Source of the DNA: an uncultured Thermoplasmatales archaeon
GTDB taxonomy: Archaea; Thermoplasmatota; E2; DHVEG-1
Reading direction: 5' to 3'
DNA length: 64,000 bases
Assembly: GCA_964618505.1 (NCBI GenBank)
Contig: CAZUBH010000003.1
Location: forward strand, 20,687-84,686
Made by a program: the position numbers and the translations under genes
Shown: in pieces, positions 1 to 9,608 of the stretch
Numbering within the stretch: the first letter of the stretch is position 1
How the letters are laid out: every line of letters starts with the position of its first letter
Notes under the pieces: generated by a model
What the model was told of the DNA's origin: nothing
Database searches by the model: none
Seen by the model: only the letters and a program-made list of their open reading frames with translations

Positions 1-528
1 GTTCATTATTAAAGGAAAAGCCTGAAAATCAGAAAGCCTAGATGCAAGTATTAATCCAAAACCAACAGCTGTACATGCAATCATTAGCATCATTACAATT
101 GTAAGAAGAAGACTCCAAATAGAAACGAATCTAACACCAATAAATAAACTCAATAAAACAACAAGAAATCCTTGAAACAATGCTGTTGTTGCACCGCCCA
201 ATGTTCTTCCAATTATAATAGATAACCTACTTACTGGCGCTACTAAAACCTCCTGAAGAAAACCAAATTGTTTATCCCATAAAACAGATATTCCAGCAAA
301 CATTGAAGAGAATAAAATTGCCATTCCAACTATAGCTGGAGCTAGAAACTCGATATAGTTACCGGTTAATCCAGGAATAATAGCTCTATTAAAACCTGCG
401 CCTAAAATGAATAAGAAAAACAAGGGTTGTACAATACTTGCAACAATTCTACTTTTCGCACGTAAAAATCTCTTTATTTGACGAAGCCACATTACATATA
501 CTGCTTGCATTTCAGCATTTAGTATCAT
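1..528 (-). CDS. ABC-2 type transporter permease (3' end runs off the window)
   Basis: Manual translation from ATG at 528 gives MILNAEMQAVYVMWLRQIKRFLRAKSR...WDKQFGFLQEVLVAPVSR; hydrophobic; directly follows the ABC ATPase. Confidence 0.85.
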   Translation of the reverse strand, partial: MILNAEMQAVYVMWLRQIKRFLRAKSRIVASIVQPLFFLFILGAGFNRAIIPGLTGNYIEFLAPAIVGMAILFSSMFAGISVLWDKQFGFLQEVLVAPVSRLSIIIGRTLGGATTALFQGFLVVLLSLFIGVRFVSIWSLLLTIVMMLMIACTAVGFGLILASRLSDFQAFPLIMN

Positions 529-1512
529 TTAATGTCCTCCTCTAAAATGCATCATCTGTTTCATAGCATTTTCAGCAGATTCATTTCTAATTGATCTACC
601 TGTAAAATGTAAAAATACGTCATCTAAAGTTGGCTTTCTAACACTTATCGAAGTAACTTTAATTCCTAGTTTTTGAGCTTTTTCAATTATTATTGGAATT
701 TTTTCTTCTCCCTTTTTAACACCAAAAGTTAGCTCATTATCCCGCATTTTTAAATTATCTACCCATGATTTTTGTTTTAAATAATCATATAATTTCTGCA
801 TATCAGAACAAGATAATGTTATCAAATCCTGGCCAACGTTATTTTTTAGATTTTCAACAGTATCTATAACTAATATCTTACCCTTATCAATTATTCCAAC
901 TCTGTCGCATAAGTGTTCTGCTTCTTCCATATAGTGTGTTGTTAAAAAAATAGTTGTTTTTTCTTGTTTATTCATTGATTTAATGTAATCCCAAATTGCC
1001 CTTCTTGTTTGGGCATCAAGACCTAGAGTTGGTTCATCAAGAAATAAAACTTTAGGAAAATGCATTAACCCCCTTGCAATTTCCAATCTTCTTTTCATAC
1101 CTCCAGAATAGTTTTTAACAAGAATGTCTTTTTTTTCTTCCAAATCAACAAGTTTTAATACCTCATTTATTCGAGAATCTCTTTTTTCTTTATCAATTGC
1201 ATAAATTCTTGCGTGAAAATCTAAATTTTCTCTACCAGTAAGTTCCGTATCTAGAGCAGGTTCTTGGAAAACTACACCTATGTTTCTTCTAACCTTTGAA
1301 CGATCTTTTTTTACATCATTACCCACAATTTCTGCTCTTCCTTTTGTAGGATTTAAAAGAGTAGTTAGCATTTTTATTGTTGTAGTTTTTCCTGCGCCAT
1401 TTGGACCTAAAAAACCGAAAATCTCTCCTTTTTCTACTGTAAATGATATTTCATTTACTGCTGTAAAATTATTAAATTTCTTTGTTAATTTTTCAGTTTT
1501 TATGATTTTCAA
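529..1512 (-). CDS. ABC transporter ATP-binding protein (DrrA/NodI-like)
   Basis: Walker A GPNGAGKTT, signature YSGGMKRR, Walker B LFLDEPT, H-loop TTHYMEEA. Confidence 0.95.
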   Translation of the reverse strand: MKIIKTEKLTKKFNNFTAVNEISFTVEKGEIFGFLGPNGAGKTTTIKMLTTLLNPTKGRAEIVGNDVKKDRSKVRRNIGVVFQEPALDTELTGRENLDFHARIYAIDKEKRDSRINEVLKLVDLEEKKDILVKNYSGGMKRRLEIARGLMHFPKVLFLDEPTLGLDAQTRRAIWDYIKSMNKQEKTTIFLTTHYMEEAEHLCDRVGIIDKGKILVIDTVENLKNNVGQDLITLSCSDMQKLYDYLKQKSWVDNLKMRDNELTFGVKKGEEKIPIIIEKAQKLGIKVTSISVRKPTLDDVFLHFTGRSIRNESAENAMKQMMHFRGGH

Positions 1513-1555
1513 TTAGGTTTTCCCCAACGTCCTAATCTCAATTCTTTACAAAAAC

Positions 1556-2245
1556 CTATCCAATTTTTTCAACAATAGCAAAATAATTGTCTGGATATAT
1601 TTTGGAGCTGATTTTAATATCAGAAATATCTATGATTTTAAGCCCAGCTTGGTTGAGTTCATCAGCAAATTCATTGCGTTTATAAAGATGATAAAATCTA
1701 GGAACATTTAATTTATCTTGTTTCCAGTAAATGTCTATATCTCCACTTTTATTTTCTTCAACTATATTTCTAAATTTTTCTTGTTCTGCTGACCAGACAC
1801 TAATAAGTGCCTTTCCTCCAATTTTTAGAATTCTTTTTAATTCTTTCAATGAGCATATACGATTGTCTCTTCCTTTTATATTATGCAAAGCAGCAATGTA
1901 TATTGCAAAATCAAAATAATTTTCTTTTATAGGGATTGTAATTAAATTTGAATGAATTAATGTTGCATTTGAAATTTTATCTCTATTCAATTTTATTTTT
2001 ACAATATCGAGTAAGTTTTTAGATATATCAAATCCAAAAACCTCTTTACATAATTTAGCACAAAATAATAAATGCCTACCATTTCCACAACCAAGATCAG
2101 CAATTAAATCTGCACTAGAAAAATTTTCCATAAAATCTAATACTTTGCCCCAGGGTTTTTTTCTTGTTTTATCAAAACTTTCTGCAATCTTGTCCCATGT
2201 TTCTTCAGAAATTTTGAAATTATTATCTTTCATTTTAGCTACCAA
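1556..2245 (-). CDS. Class I SAM-dependent methyltransferase, Trm9/ALKBH8-like
   Basis: Motif I DLGCGNGR, N-terminal FDKTRKKPW, C-terminal RFYHLY; true start may be 2233. Confidence 0.8.
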   Translation of the reverse strand: MVAKMKDNNFKISEETWDKIAESFDKTRKKPWGKVLDFMENFSSADLIADLGCGNGRHLLFCAKLCKEVFGFDISKNLLDIVKIKLNRDKISNATLIHSNLITIPIKENYFDFAIYIAALHNIKGRDNRICSLKELKRILKIGGKALISVWSAEQEKFRNIVEENKSGDIDIYWKQDKLNVPRFYHLYKRNEFADELNQAGLKIIDISDIKISSKIYPDNYFAIVEKIG

Positions 2246-2349
2246 ATTAATAAATCATATTTATTTTTATTTGAAACGAATTGCTAGCAAAATTAATACA
2301 TAATAACAAGATACAGTTTTCTCGTTAATATCTTTCAGAAGGGAGTAAA

Positions 2350-3873
2350 ATGACTATTGTTTTAAAAGGATCTGGACTAACTATTGAAAAATTAGTAAAA
2401 GTTGCAAGATTTAATGAAAAGGTTCAACTTGACCCTAAAGCAGAAAAAAGAATAATAAAATGCAGAGAAGTACTTGAAAAAAAGATTGATTCAAAGGAAA
2501 TAATGTATGGAGTAAATACAGGAATTGGAGAATTTTCTGAAGTAGTTTTAAATGACAATCAAATCGAGCAATTCCAGAAATATTTGATATATAATCATGC
2601 AGCAGGAATTGGAGATCCTGCGCCTATTGAATATGTTAGAGGGGCAATGACTGCTAGAATTAATGTTCATTCACATGGCCAGTCAGGTGTTAGACTTGAA
2701 ATAACCAAAACGCTTGTTGAAATGCTAAATAAAGGTGTAACTCCTTATGTTTGTCAGAAAGGCTCAGTTGGTGCTTGTGGTGATCTTGCACCTATGTCTC
2801 AGATTGCACTTCTTATGATGGGTGAAGGCAAGGCATATTACAACGGCAAACTTTTAATTGGAAAAGAAGCAATGAAACAAGCAGGCATAAAAATTCCTGG
2901 ACTAAAAGCAAGAGATGGCCTTGCGCTAATTAATGGTTCAAATCTACTTACCTCAATGAGCGCGATCTTTTTATATGATGCAAACAACTGGTTAAAACAA
3001 GCAGAAATAGCAGCTGCAATGTCTCTTGAGGCATTAAAAGCAAACATGAAACCATATACGCCAAAACTTCACGAGGCAAGAGGTTTTTCTGGAGCAATTA
3101 GAAGTTCTAAATCTATTTGCAAGCTCATCAAAGGTGGAGATTTAAACGAGGGAAATATAAAATGTAAGGTTCAAGACGCCTATTCAATGAGATCAACTCC
3201 CCAAGTAATTGGTGCTGCACATGATGCACTTTCTTGGGCTAAATCTCAAGTTGAAACTGAGCTTAATGGCGTATGTGACAATCCAGTCTTTTTCCCTGAT
3301 GAAGATTTGCAATTATCGGGTGCAAATTTCCAAGGAACTCCAGTATCTCTACCAATGGATATGGCCGGTGCTGCAATAACAATGGTATCTGTTATGTCTG
3401 AAAGAAGAATGAATAGATTAAATAATCCTGCACTAAGTGTTGGTCTTCCTGCTTTTCTAACAAAAGGCGCTGGTATGTTCTCTGGTCTTATGCTTAGTCA
3501 GTATACTGCAGATAGTTTAATTGTTGAGCAAAGGATACTATCCAGTCCAGCATCAGTTCAGTCAATACCTGCGGCAGCAGATCAAGAAGATTTTGTTTCA
3601 ATGGGTATGAATACTGCAATTAAAAATTTCCAAATCCTTGATAATGCATATGGTATTCTAGGAATAGAATTTATGGCAGCAGCACAAGCACTTGATTTTA
3701 GAGATTACAACTTTGGAAAGGGAATAACAAAAGCAAAAGAAATTATCAGAAAGCATGTTGATTTTCTTGACGAGGATAGACCATTATATCCAGACCATAC
3801 AAAAATGAAAGAACTAGTAAAATCCTGTGAAATATTAAATGAGGTAGAAAAAGTAGTTGGAAGTTTAGAATAG
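2350..3873 (+). CDS. hutH: Histidine ammonia-lyase / aromatic amino acid lyase (variant MIO motif A-C-G)
   Basis: YGVNTGIG, GSVGACGDLAP, QDAYSMR, DNP, GANFQG, QEDFVSMG; adjacent to hutU. Confidence 0.85.
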   Translation: MTIVLKGSGLTIEKLVKVARFNEKVQLDPKAEKRIIKCREVLEKKIDSKEIMYGVNTGIGEFSEVVLNDNQIEQFQKYLIYNHAAGIGDPAPIEYVRGAMTARINVHSHGQSGVRLEITKTLVEMLNKGVTPYVCQKGSVGACGDLAPMSQIALLMMGEGKAYYNGKLLIGKEAMKQAGIKIPGLKARDGLALINGSNLLTSMSAIFLYDANNWLKQAEIAAAMSLEALKANMKPYTPKLHEARGFSGAIRSSKSICKLIKGGDLNEGNIKCKVQDAYSMRSTPQVIGAAHDALSWAKSQVETELNGVCDNPVFFPDEDLQLSGANFQGTPVSLPMDMAGAAITMVSVMSERRMNRLNNPALSVGLPAFLTKGAGMFSGLMLSQYTADSLIVEQRILSSPASVQSIPAAADQEDFVSMGMNTAIKNFQILDNAYGILGIEFMAAAQALDFRDYNFGKGITKAKEIIRKHVDFLDEDRPLYPDHTKMKELVKSCEILNEVEKVVGSLE

Positions 3874-5526
3874 CTACTTTTGTATCAATGGGATATTTAA
3901 ATCAGATTTTTTAACAAGATCAATTGATTCTTTATATCCTGCATCAGCATGTCTTGCAACACCTATTCCTGGGTCTGTTGTAAACACTCTTTTTATTCTT
4001 TCATCGGTTTCTTTTGTACCATCACAAACTACAACCATTCCGGCATGAGTAGACAGTCCAATTCCAACGCCACCGCCATTATGTATCTGAATAGAATCTG
4101 CACCTGCTGAACAATTAATAAGAGCATTTAGAAGTGGCCAATCTGCTATGGCATCACTCCCATCGATCATCCCTTCAGTTTCTCGATATGGTGATGCAAC
4201 ACTTCCACTATCAAGATGATCTCTAGTAATTGCAACAGGTCCAATTTCCTTGTTTCTGACCATTTCATTCATTTTTAATGCAAATTTTGATCTTTCCCCG
4301 TATCCTAACCAACAAACTCTTGCAGGAAGCCCTTCCCAAGGCAAATTTTCTTCTGCAAGTTTAATCCAATTTGTAAGTACGCTGTCTTCTGGAAACATTT
4401 CAATTACAGCCTTATCTGTTTTTAAAATATCATCTGGATTTCCAGTAAGTGCAAGCCACCTAAAAGGCCCTCTTCCAACACAAAACATAGGTCGTATATA
4501 AGCAGGGACAAAACCCGGATAATCAAAAGCATTTGAAAGACCTGCTTTTAATGCTTGCCCTCTAAGATTGTTGCCATAGTCAAATGCAATAGCTCCATTT
4601 TTCTGAAAATCAACTATTGCCTTACAGTGATCTTTCATGCCCTTAAGAGATCTTTTCATATATTCTTTTGGTTTGCTTTTTTTAAGTTTAAATGCCTCAT
4701 TTAAATTGTTGCCAAAATAACCTGCAGGAACATATCCATTCAATTCATCATGAGCTGATGTTTGATCTGTTACAACATCAGGCTTAAATCCCTCCTTGAC
4801 TAGTTTTGGTAAAATATCCGCACAGTTACCTAAAACGCCTATGGACAATGCTTCTTTTTTGTCTCTGGCATCTTCTGCAAGCTTTACTGCTTCTTTGATA
4901 TCATAAACTTTTTTATCACAAAAACCAGCCTTGATTCTTCTGTCAATCCTTTTCTCATCACATTCAATAGCAATACATACTCCATGATTCATTGCAACAG
5001 AAAGTGGCTGTGCTCCACCCATTCCACCAAGGCCACCAGTAAGTACAATTTTTCCGGATAAATCGCTATTAAAATGTTTTTTTGCAAGTGCAGCAAATGT
5101 TTCGTAAGTTCCTTGTATAATTCCTTGGGTCCCAATATAACACCACGAGCCTGCGGTCATCTGTCCATACATTATTAGGCCTATTTTATCGTATTTTCTA
5201 AACTCTTCCCAGTTGCTCCATTTTGGAACTATATTTGAATTTGCCATAACAATTCTTGGCGAGTTTGACCATGTTTTAAAAACTGCAACAGGCTTTCCAG
5301 ATTGAATTAATAAAGTTTCATCATCTTTTAGTGTTTTTAAGCTCTTAACAATTGCGTCATAAGACTCCCAATTTCTTGCAGCCTTACCAGTTCCACCATA
5401 TATAATCAACTCATCAGGTATTTCTGCGTTTTCTAGGTTGTTTTCAAGCATTCTAAGAATGGCTTCTTGTCTCCAATTTTTACACCTTAGCTTATCGCCT
5501 TTTTGAACGGTTACTGTTTTTGCCAT
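3874..5526 (-). CDS. hutU: Urocanate hydratase
   Basis: YGGTGKAARNW, GQMTAGSWCYIGTQGI, GLGGMGGAQP, RDHLDSGSVASPYRETE. Confidence 0.97.
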   Translation of the reverse strand: MAKTVTVQKGDKLRCKNWRQEAILRMLENNLENAEIPDELIIYGGTGKAARNWESYDAIVKSLKTLKDDETLLIQSGKPVAVFKTWSNSPRIVMANSNIVPKWSNWEEFRKYDKIGLIMYGQMTAGSWCYIGTQGIIQGTYETFAALAKKHFNSDLSGKIVLTGGLGGMGGAQPLSVAMNHGVCIAIECDEKRIDRRIKAGFCDKKVYDIKEAVKLAEDARDKKEALSIGVLGNCADILPKLVKEGFKPDVVTDQTSAHDELNGYVPAGYFGNNLNEAFKLKKSKPKEYMKRSLKGMKDHCKAIVDFQKNGAIAFDYGNNLRGQALKAGLSNAFDYPGFVPAYIRPMFCVGRGPFRWLALTGNPDDILKTDKAVIEMFPEDSVLTNWIKLAEENLPWEGLPARVCWLGYGERSKFALKMNEMVRNKEIGPVAITRDHLDSGSVASPYRETEGMIDGSDAIADWPLLNALINCSAGADSIQIHNGGGVGIGLSTHAGMVVVCDGTKETDERIKRVFTTDPGIGVARHADAGYKESIDLVKKSDLNIPLIQK

Positions 5527-5619
5527 AGTAATCTAGTATCGAATAAAAATCTACAATTAAAAATTTGTCATGTACGTGAAAAATTTTCATTATAGTTCAC
5601 ACTCAAAAAACCTGGTTTC

Positions 5620-5702
5620 AAAAGTGGAAGGCAGGCTGGCCTCACTAGGAGGGGATGGGATGCACTCTAACAAAACAACAACTACCAGCCCAATTCCTTC
5701 CA
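5620..5702 (-). ncRNA. Candidate structured small RNA downstream of the Sm gene
   Basis: GC-rich island in an AT-rich spacer; terminal stem TGGAAGG(5625-5631)/CCTTCCA(5696-5702) and inner GGCTGG/CCAGCC; BRE-TATA-like sequence at ~5725-5739 on the minus strand; T-runs downstream. Confidence 0.5.
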
Positions 5703-5741
5703 ATATATAAATATCAAAACGATGTATATATGTTTTTCGCT

Positions 5742-5960
5742 TTAAATGAGAGAAATACTCACAACATTACTTCCGCGAAGGATAATTTTACCTAGTCTTC
5801 TTTTTGTTTCATCTCTTGTTGTTTCTTCTACTTCATCTAAAACTATGTTCATATACTCATCAAAACCAATGAGCTTTCCTTCAATTTTTCTTCCATCTTT
5901 TAGCAGAAGAAGTAATTTTTGATTTAAAGATTTCTCCAGAGTATCTAGTGGTAATGCCAT
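5742..5960 (-). CDS. Sm/Lsm-like archaeal RNA-binding protein (SmAP)
   Basis: Sm1 motif GKLIGFDEYMNIVL and Sm2 motif IILRGSNVVSIS; 72 aa. Confidence 0.95.
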   Translation of the reverse strand: MALPLDTLEKSLNQKLLLLLKDGRKIEGKLIGFDEYMNIVLDEVEETTRDETKRRLGKIILRGSNVVSISLI

Positions 5961-6001
5961 GAAAAGGGGTAAGAGTAATCCCTTATTAAAATTATTCCCT
6001 T

Positions 6002-7405
6002 TTAATCAGGATATCCGCCGATTAATAAACTAGGATCGCCAAATAATTCCCAAGTCTGGACACACTGGGCATCAATCCAAGAATCTCCAGTACCTGCTCC
6101 ATTCCAATCTACGGGATAAGTATCAATATACCAGCTTACTGCATTATTCCATACATCGCCTAGGGTTTCATGGCCATTTTGGCCATATTGTTTAAAAAAT
6201 TCAACTTCAAGTTCGTTTACCCCGCCCTGAAAAGTAGATTTATCTTCTTTTGTAAATCCAAGAGCAGTACAACCAAGAGTTGCTATTGAACCGCCACCTA
6301 TTTTTCTTGTTAGTCTCCAACCAAGACATTCATAAGTTGCTTCTCCATGATATCTTCTGGTTTTATTGAAAAATCTAAAAATAGAAACATCAAACTGAAG
6401 ATCATGGCATCCACTTAAAACGCACACTGGTAGTTTATCTTTATTCCAAAGTCTATGTATATTAAAATCTGAAAGACCTCTTACAAAACTTGTCCCATTT
6501 GGAGCATTATTGCCCCATGTTTTGGGACTTCCGTGTCCAACCAGATATAAAAATCCACAACCTTGTTTTAAAGCATTTATTAAATCTGAAGCAGTTGTAA
6601 ATGTTTCATCTGATGTATAATATCTAAATGCATTAAAATCAGTCATGTTTTCTATTGCTCTATCTCCGTAGTATTCGCCTTCAAATCCAGTCCAATTTGG
6701 ATTTGTTGTTTCAGGGTAAGTATCGCCTGCAAAAACTGCAAAGTTTTTAAACCAATCTTGACCATATGTACCTTTTTCATATTTTATAATCTTATTTACC
6801 ATTATTTTTACTTCAATATCATTTCTACAAGGAAGCCTGCCAATACTAACATCTGGTTTTAAATCTATATCGATATCCTCAGCACCTTCTCCAGCATACC
6901 ATTCTCCAAAAATTCCATCTTTATCGGAGTCCCAAGTTGAAAATTTTCCTTCTGAATCATAGATATCAGCATAATATAAATCACTTATTATTTCTGCTTC
7001 CCAATCATTTTCCATATGAATATATCTAACAGGTAAATGCCAAAAAGGAAGTTGGCCTTTCATCCCACCAATAAGAAGAACATATTCGGTTCCCCATTGT
7101 TCTATAGAGTTTTTAATAAAATATTTTATTTTTTCCTGCTCGTCTCGTCCCTGCCAGTACATTTGTTTGTATATTTCGCATAAAGTTACAAGTTTTGCGC
7201 TCATACCTATCTTATTTTTATGACAAACAAGTGGCTGTAAGCTTTTTGAAAAATCTTTAGGTGTTATAATTAATAATTTATAGATCTGATTTTCACCACT
7301 ATCTTGTTTGATATGTTTAAAATTTGTAAAAGTTGCATTTATTATTGGAACTAGTATCAATGATGCTATCACAAAAACAAATAATATTGATTTTAGAATC
7401 TTCAT
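6002..7405 (-). CDS. Secreted C25 (gingipain-family) cysteine peptidase
   Basis: Signal peptide; YVLLIGG, SDLYYAD, IGRLPCR; putative dyad VGHG...SGCH; C-terminal LFGDPSL. Confidence 0.88.
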   Translation of the reverse strand: MKILKSILFVFVIASLILVPIINATFTNFKHIKQDSGENQIYKLLIITPKDFSKSLQPLVCHKNKIGMSAKLVTLCEIYKQMYWQGRDEQEKIKYFIKNSIEQWGTEYVLLIGGMKGQLPFWHLPVRYIHMENDWEAEIISDLYYADIYDSEGKFSTWDSDKDGIFGEWYAGEGAEDIDIDLKPDVSIGRLPCRNDIEVKIMVNKIIKYEKGTYGQDWFKNFAVFAGDTYPETTNPNWTGFEGEYYGDRAIENMTDFNAFRYYTSDETFTTASDLINALKQGCGFLYLVGHGSPKTWGNNAPNGTSFVRGLSDFNIHRLWNKDKLPVCVLSGCHDLQFDVSIFRFFNKTRRYHGEATYECLGWRLTRKIGGGSIATLGCTALGFTKEDKSTFQGGVNELEVEFFKQYGQNGHETLGDVWNNAVSWYIDTYPVDWNGAGTGDSWIDAQCVQTWELFGDPSLLIGGYPD

Positions 7406-7519
7406 TTAGATTTCCCCAGAGTACAATTAATTTTAGGATTTATAAAGTTTTAGTAGAATATATTTATCTAACCTTAAATAACAAAGTTATTATATTCGAT
7501 TCTTTATCACGCGGCCCCA

Positions 7520-8245
7520 ATGGACCAAACCTGCGAATACTATTGTTACAAAAATAAAAGAAACACCTTAAAATATGATTTAGACAAAATTGAAAGAGTA
7601 GAAATTGTTTTTTTTGATATGGATGGTGTACTAACAGATTGTATAAGTTCTTGGAAATATGTTCATGATTATTTTAATACCTCAAACCATCGCTCTGTAG
7701 ACAAATATTTGAAAGGAGAAATAGACGATTTAGAATTCATAAAAAAAGATGTTTCTTTATGGAAAGAAAACGGAAAATTTACAAGCTATGAAAAGTTAAG
7801 CAAAATACTTTATGAAATACCTGTTATGAAAGGTGCAAAAGACCTTTTTTCTTTTTTAAAGAAAAATAAAATTAAAACAGCAATTGTGAGTGCTGGAATT
7901 GATATACTTGCAAAAAAAGTAGCAAAACATTTAGATATTGATTTTGTTTTTTCAAATGGCTTTGAGTTTGATGATAAGGGGATTTTAACTGGAGAAGGAG
8001 TCTTAAATGTCGAGCTCAGTTATAAGGATAAAAATATTGCTTATCTTGCAAATTCTTTAGACATAGAGCAAAAGAATTGTATTTCTGTGGGAAATTCTTG
8101 TTTTGATATACCAATGTTTGAAGCAAGTGGAATAGGAATAGCATTTAATCCTGAAGACGAATGCGTTAAAAAGGCAGCAGATATAATAATTGAAGAAAAA
8201 GATTTGGAAAAACTCATTTCTGCAATTGAAAAATTTGTTAAATAA
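7520..8245 (+). CDS. HAD-superfamily phosphatase (phosphoserine phosphatase-like); start probably downstream of 7520
   Basis: FFDMDGVL motif I, IVSAG motif II, GNSCFD motif IV. Confidence 0.85.
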   Translation: MDQTCEYYCYKNKRNTLKYDLDKIERVEIVFFDMDGVLTDCISSWKYVHDYFNTSNHRSVDKYLKGEIDDLEFIKKDVSLWKENGKFTSYEKLSKILYEIPVMKGAKDLFSFLKKNKIKTAIVSAGIDILAKKVAKHLDIDFVFSNGFEFDDKGILTGEGVLNVELSYKDKNIAYLANSLDIEQKNCISVGNSCFDIPMFEASGIGIAFNPEDECVKKAADIIIEEKDLEKLISAIEKFVK

Positions 8246-9517
8246 TTATTGGGGATTTACTAGTTTTCCCATAAATAAAATAGTATTAGTCTCTTTATGT
8301 TGGATTAAATATATGAAAGGATGATCGGCATTAAACATTGTTGCAGGTGCAGATTTTAAAACCATATGAACTGAAGTTGCACCGGCAGCTTCACTGCCCT
8401 GTTCGTTTACCTCAATAAATGCTTTATGTTTTATTTTTCCAACAAACAAATCCTTATCTCCAGTCATACCTGAAAAATCAGCATCACCAGAAAATGCAGC
8501 ATTCATTCCCATATTTTTTAAATGTTCTTTAAGATTATATTCATCTTCTAAGCTAAATCTAGGAATACTTACCTGAACGTTTGTTTCTGAAAGCATGTTG
8601 GACCAATCAATGAAATTTTCATAATTTAATTCATTTTCAAGATTTGAAATATTATTGTCTTTTGGAAGTATAAAAATCATTGATAATTCATCACCTTTAT
8701 ATGGCATTTCTAATATTTGTATGTCATTAGTTTCATAATAATTAAATTCAATCTCATTATTAGAAATACTCATCATTGGAGTATTTATTGTTTCATCTGT
8801 TGATATTTCAAATTCCGCATCTATTGTATCTTCTGGGTCAAACTGATATTTCCAAATTCCTTTAAAATAAATCGCGTTTGTTAGAATCAATTTTGTTAAA
8901 GGATCTATATCAGATGCCGACAAAAGATCTTTAATTAATCCTTTTGTGTTTTTTTCAACCCATTCATTGATAATGTTTGCTGATTGTTCTGAATTTTTAA
9001 AATCTACATTAGTTGCTTTACCCATATAATAATTATTTATAAAATTTAAATAATCATCAAGGAAGTTGTAATCCTTTTGAGTCCAAAGAGCATTTGCTGT
9101 ATTAAGAGTATATTCTTTATCTATATTTAATAGATTATAAATTCTTCCAAAGGAACAAAGAGACACTTCATCATTTTGTGGGAATTGAAGAATACTTTGC
9201 ATTTCTTCTGCAGTTTCGCCTTCTGCTCCTTCATATGTCATAGCTAGAGCTACAAATATGCTATATGGGGAAAAGAATATGTTTTCATTGTTTTCTATAG
9301 ACAGTTGATTATACATATTAAATGTGAAAATATTCATATAATCTGAAAGAGATGAAACACTTTCTTGAGTTGCATATGTATCAATAGCAAGTTTTTGAGC
9401 AGGAGCAGGCGTTGGATAAAAAATTACAGCCATGAGTGCAATAACAACTACAAATGCTGTCGATATTCCAATTATATTTTGCTTTTTCATACGAATCCTC
9501 ACTAATTTGTTATTCAC
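8246..9517 (-). CDS. Serpin (I4 family protease inhibitor), secreted or membrane-anchored
   Basis: FFSPYSI, NAIYFKGIW, hinge EQGSEAAGAT, FNADHPF, ILFMG; N-terminal hydrophobic segment. Confidence 0.95.
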   Translation of the reverse strand: MNNKLVRIRMKKQNIIGISTAFVVVIALMAVIFYPTPAPAQKLAIDTYATQESVSSLSDYMNIFTFNMYNQLSIENNENIFFSPYSIFVALAMTYEGAEGETAEEMQSILQFPQNDEVSLCSFGRIYNLLNIDKEYTLNTANALWTQKDYNFLDDYLNFINNYYMGKATNVDFKNSEQSANIINEWVEKNTKGLIKDLLSASDIDPLTKLILTNAIYFKGIWKYQFDPEDTIDAEFEISTDETINTPMMSISNNEIEFNYYETNDIQILEMPYKGDELSMIFILPKDNNISNLENELNYENFIDWSNMLSETNVQVSIPRFSLEDEYNLKEHLKNMGMNAAFSGDADFSGMTGDKDLFVGKIKHKAFIEVNEQGSEAAGATSVHMVLKSAPATMFNADHPFIYLIQHKETNTILFMGKLVNPQ

Positions 9518-9608
9518 TTATGCATATATAAATGGTTAGAAAATGTTTGGTAAAAGCCAAACTGCGATACCTTTTAATGTGTCTTTTTGTATTTGGTGGT
9601 TTGAAATC

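Noticed and set aside
7508-7536. Short GC-rich possible hairpin between the C25 peptidase and HAD genes
   Set aside because: Only about 5 bp of pairing; too weak to call an RNA element.
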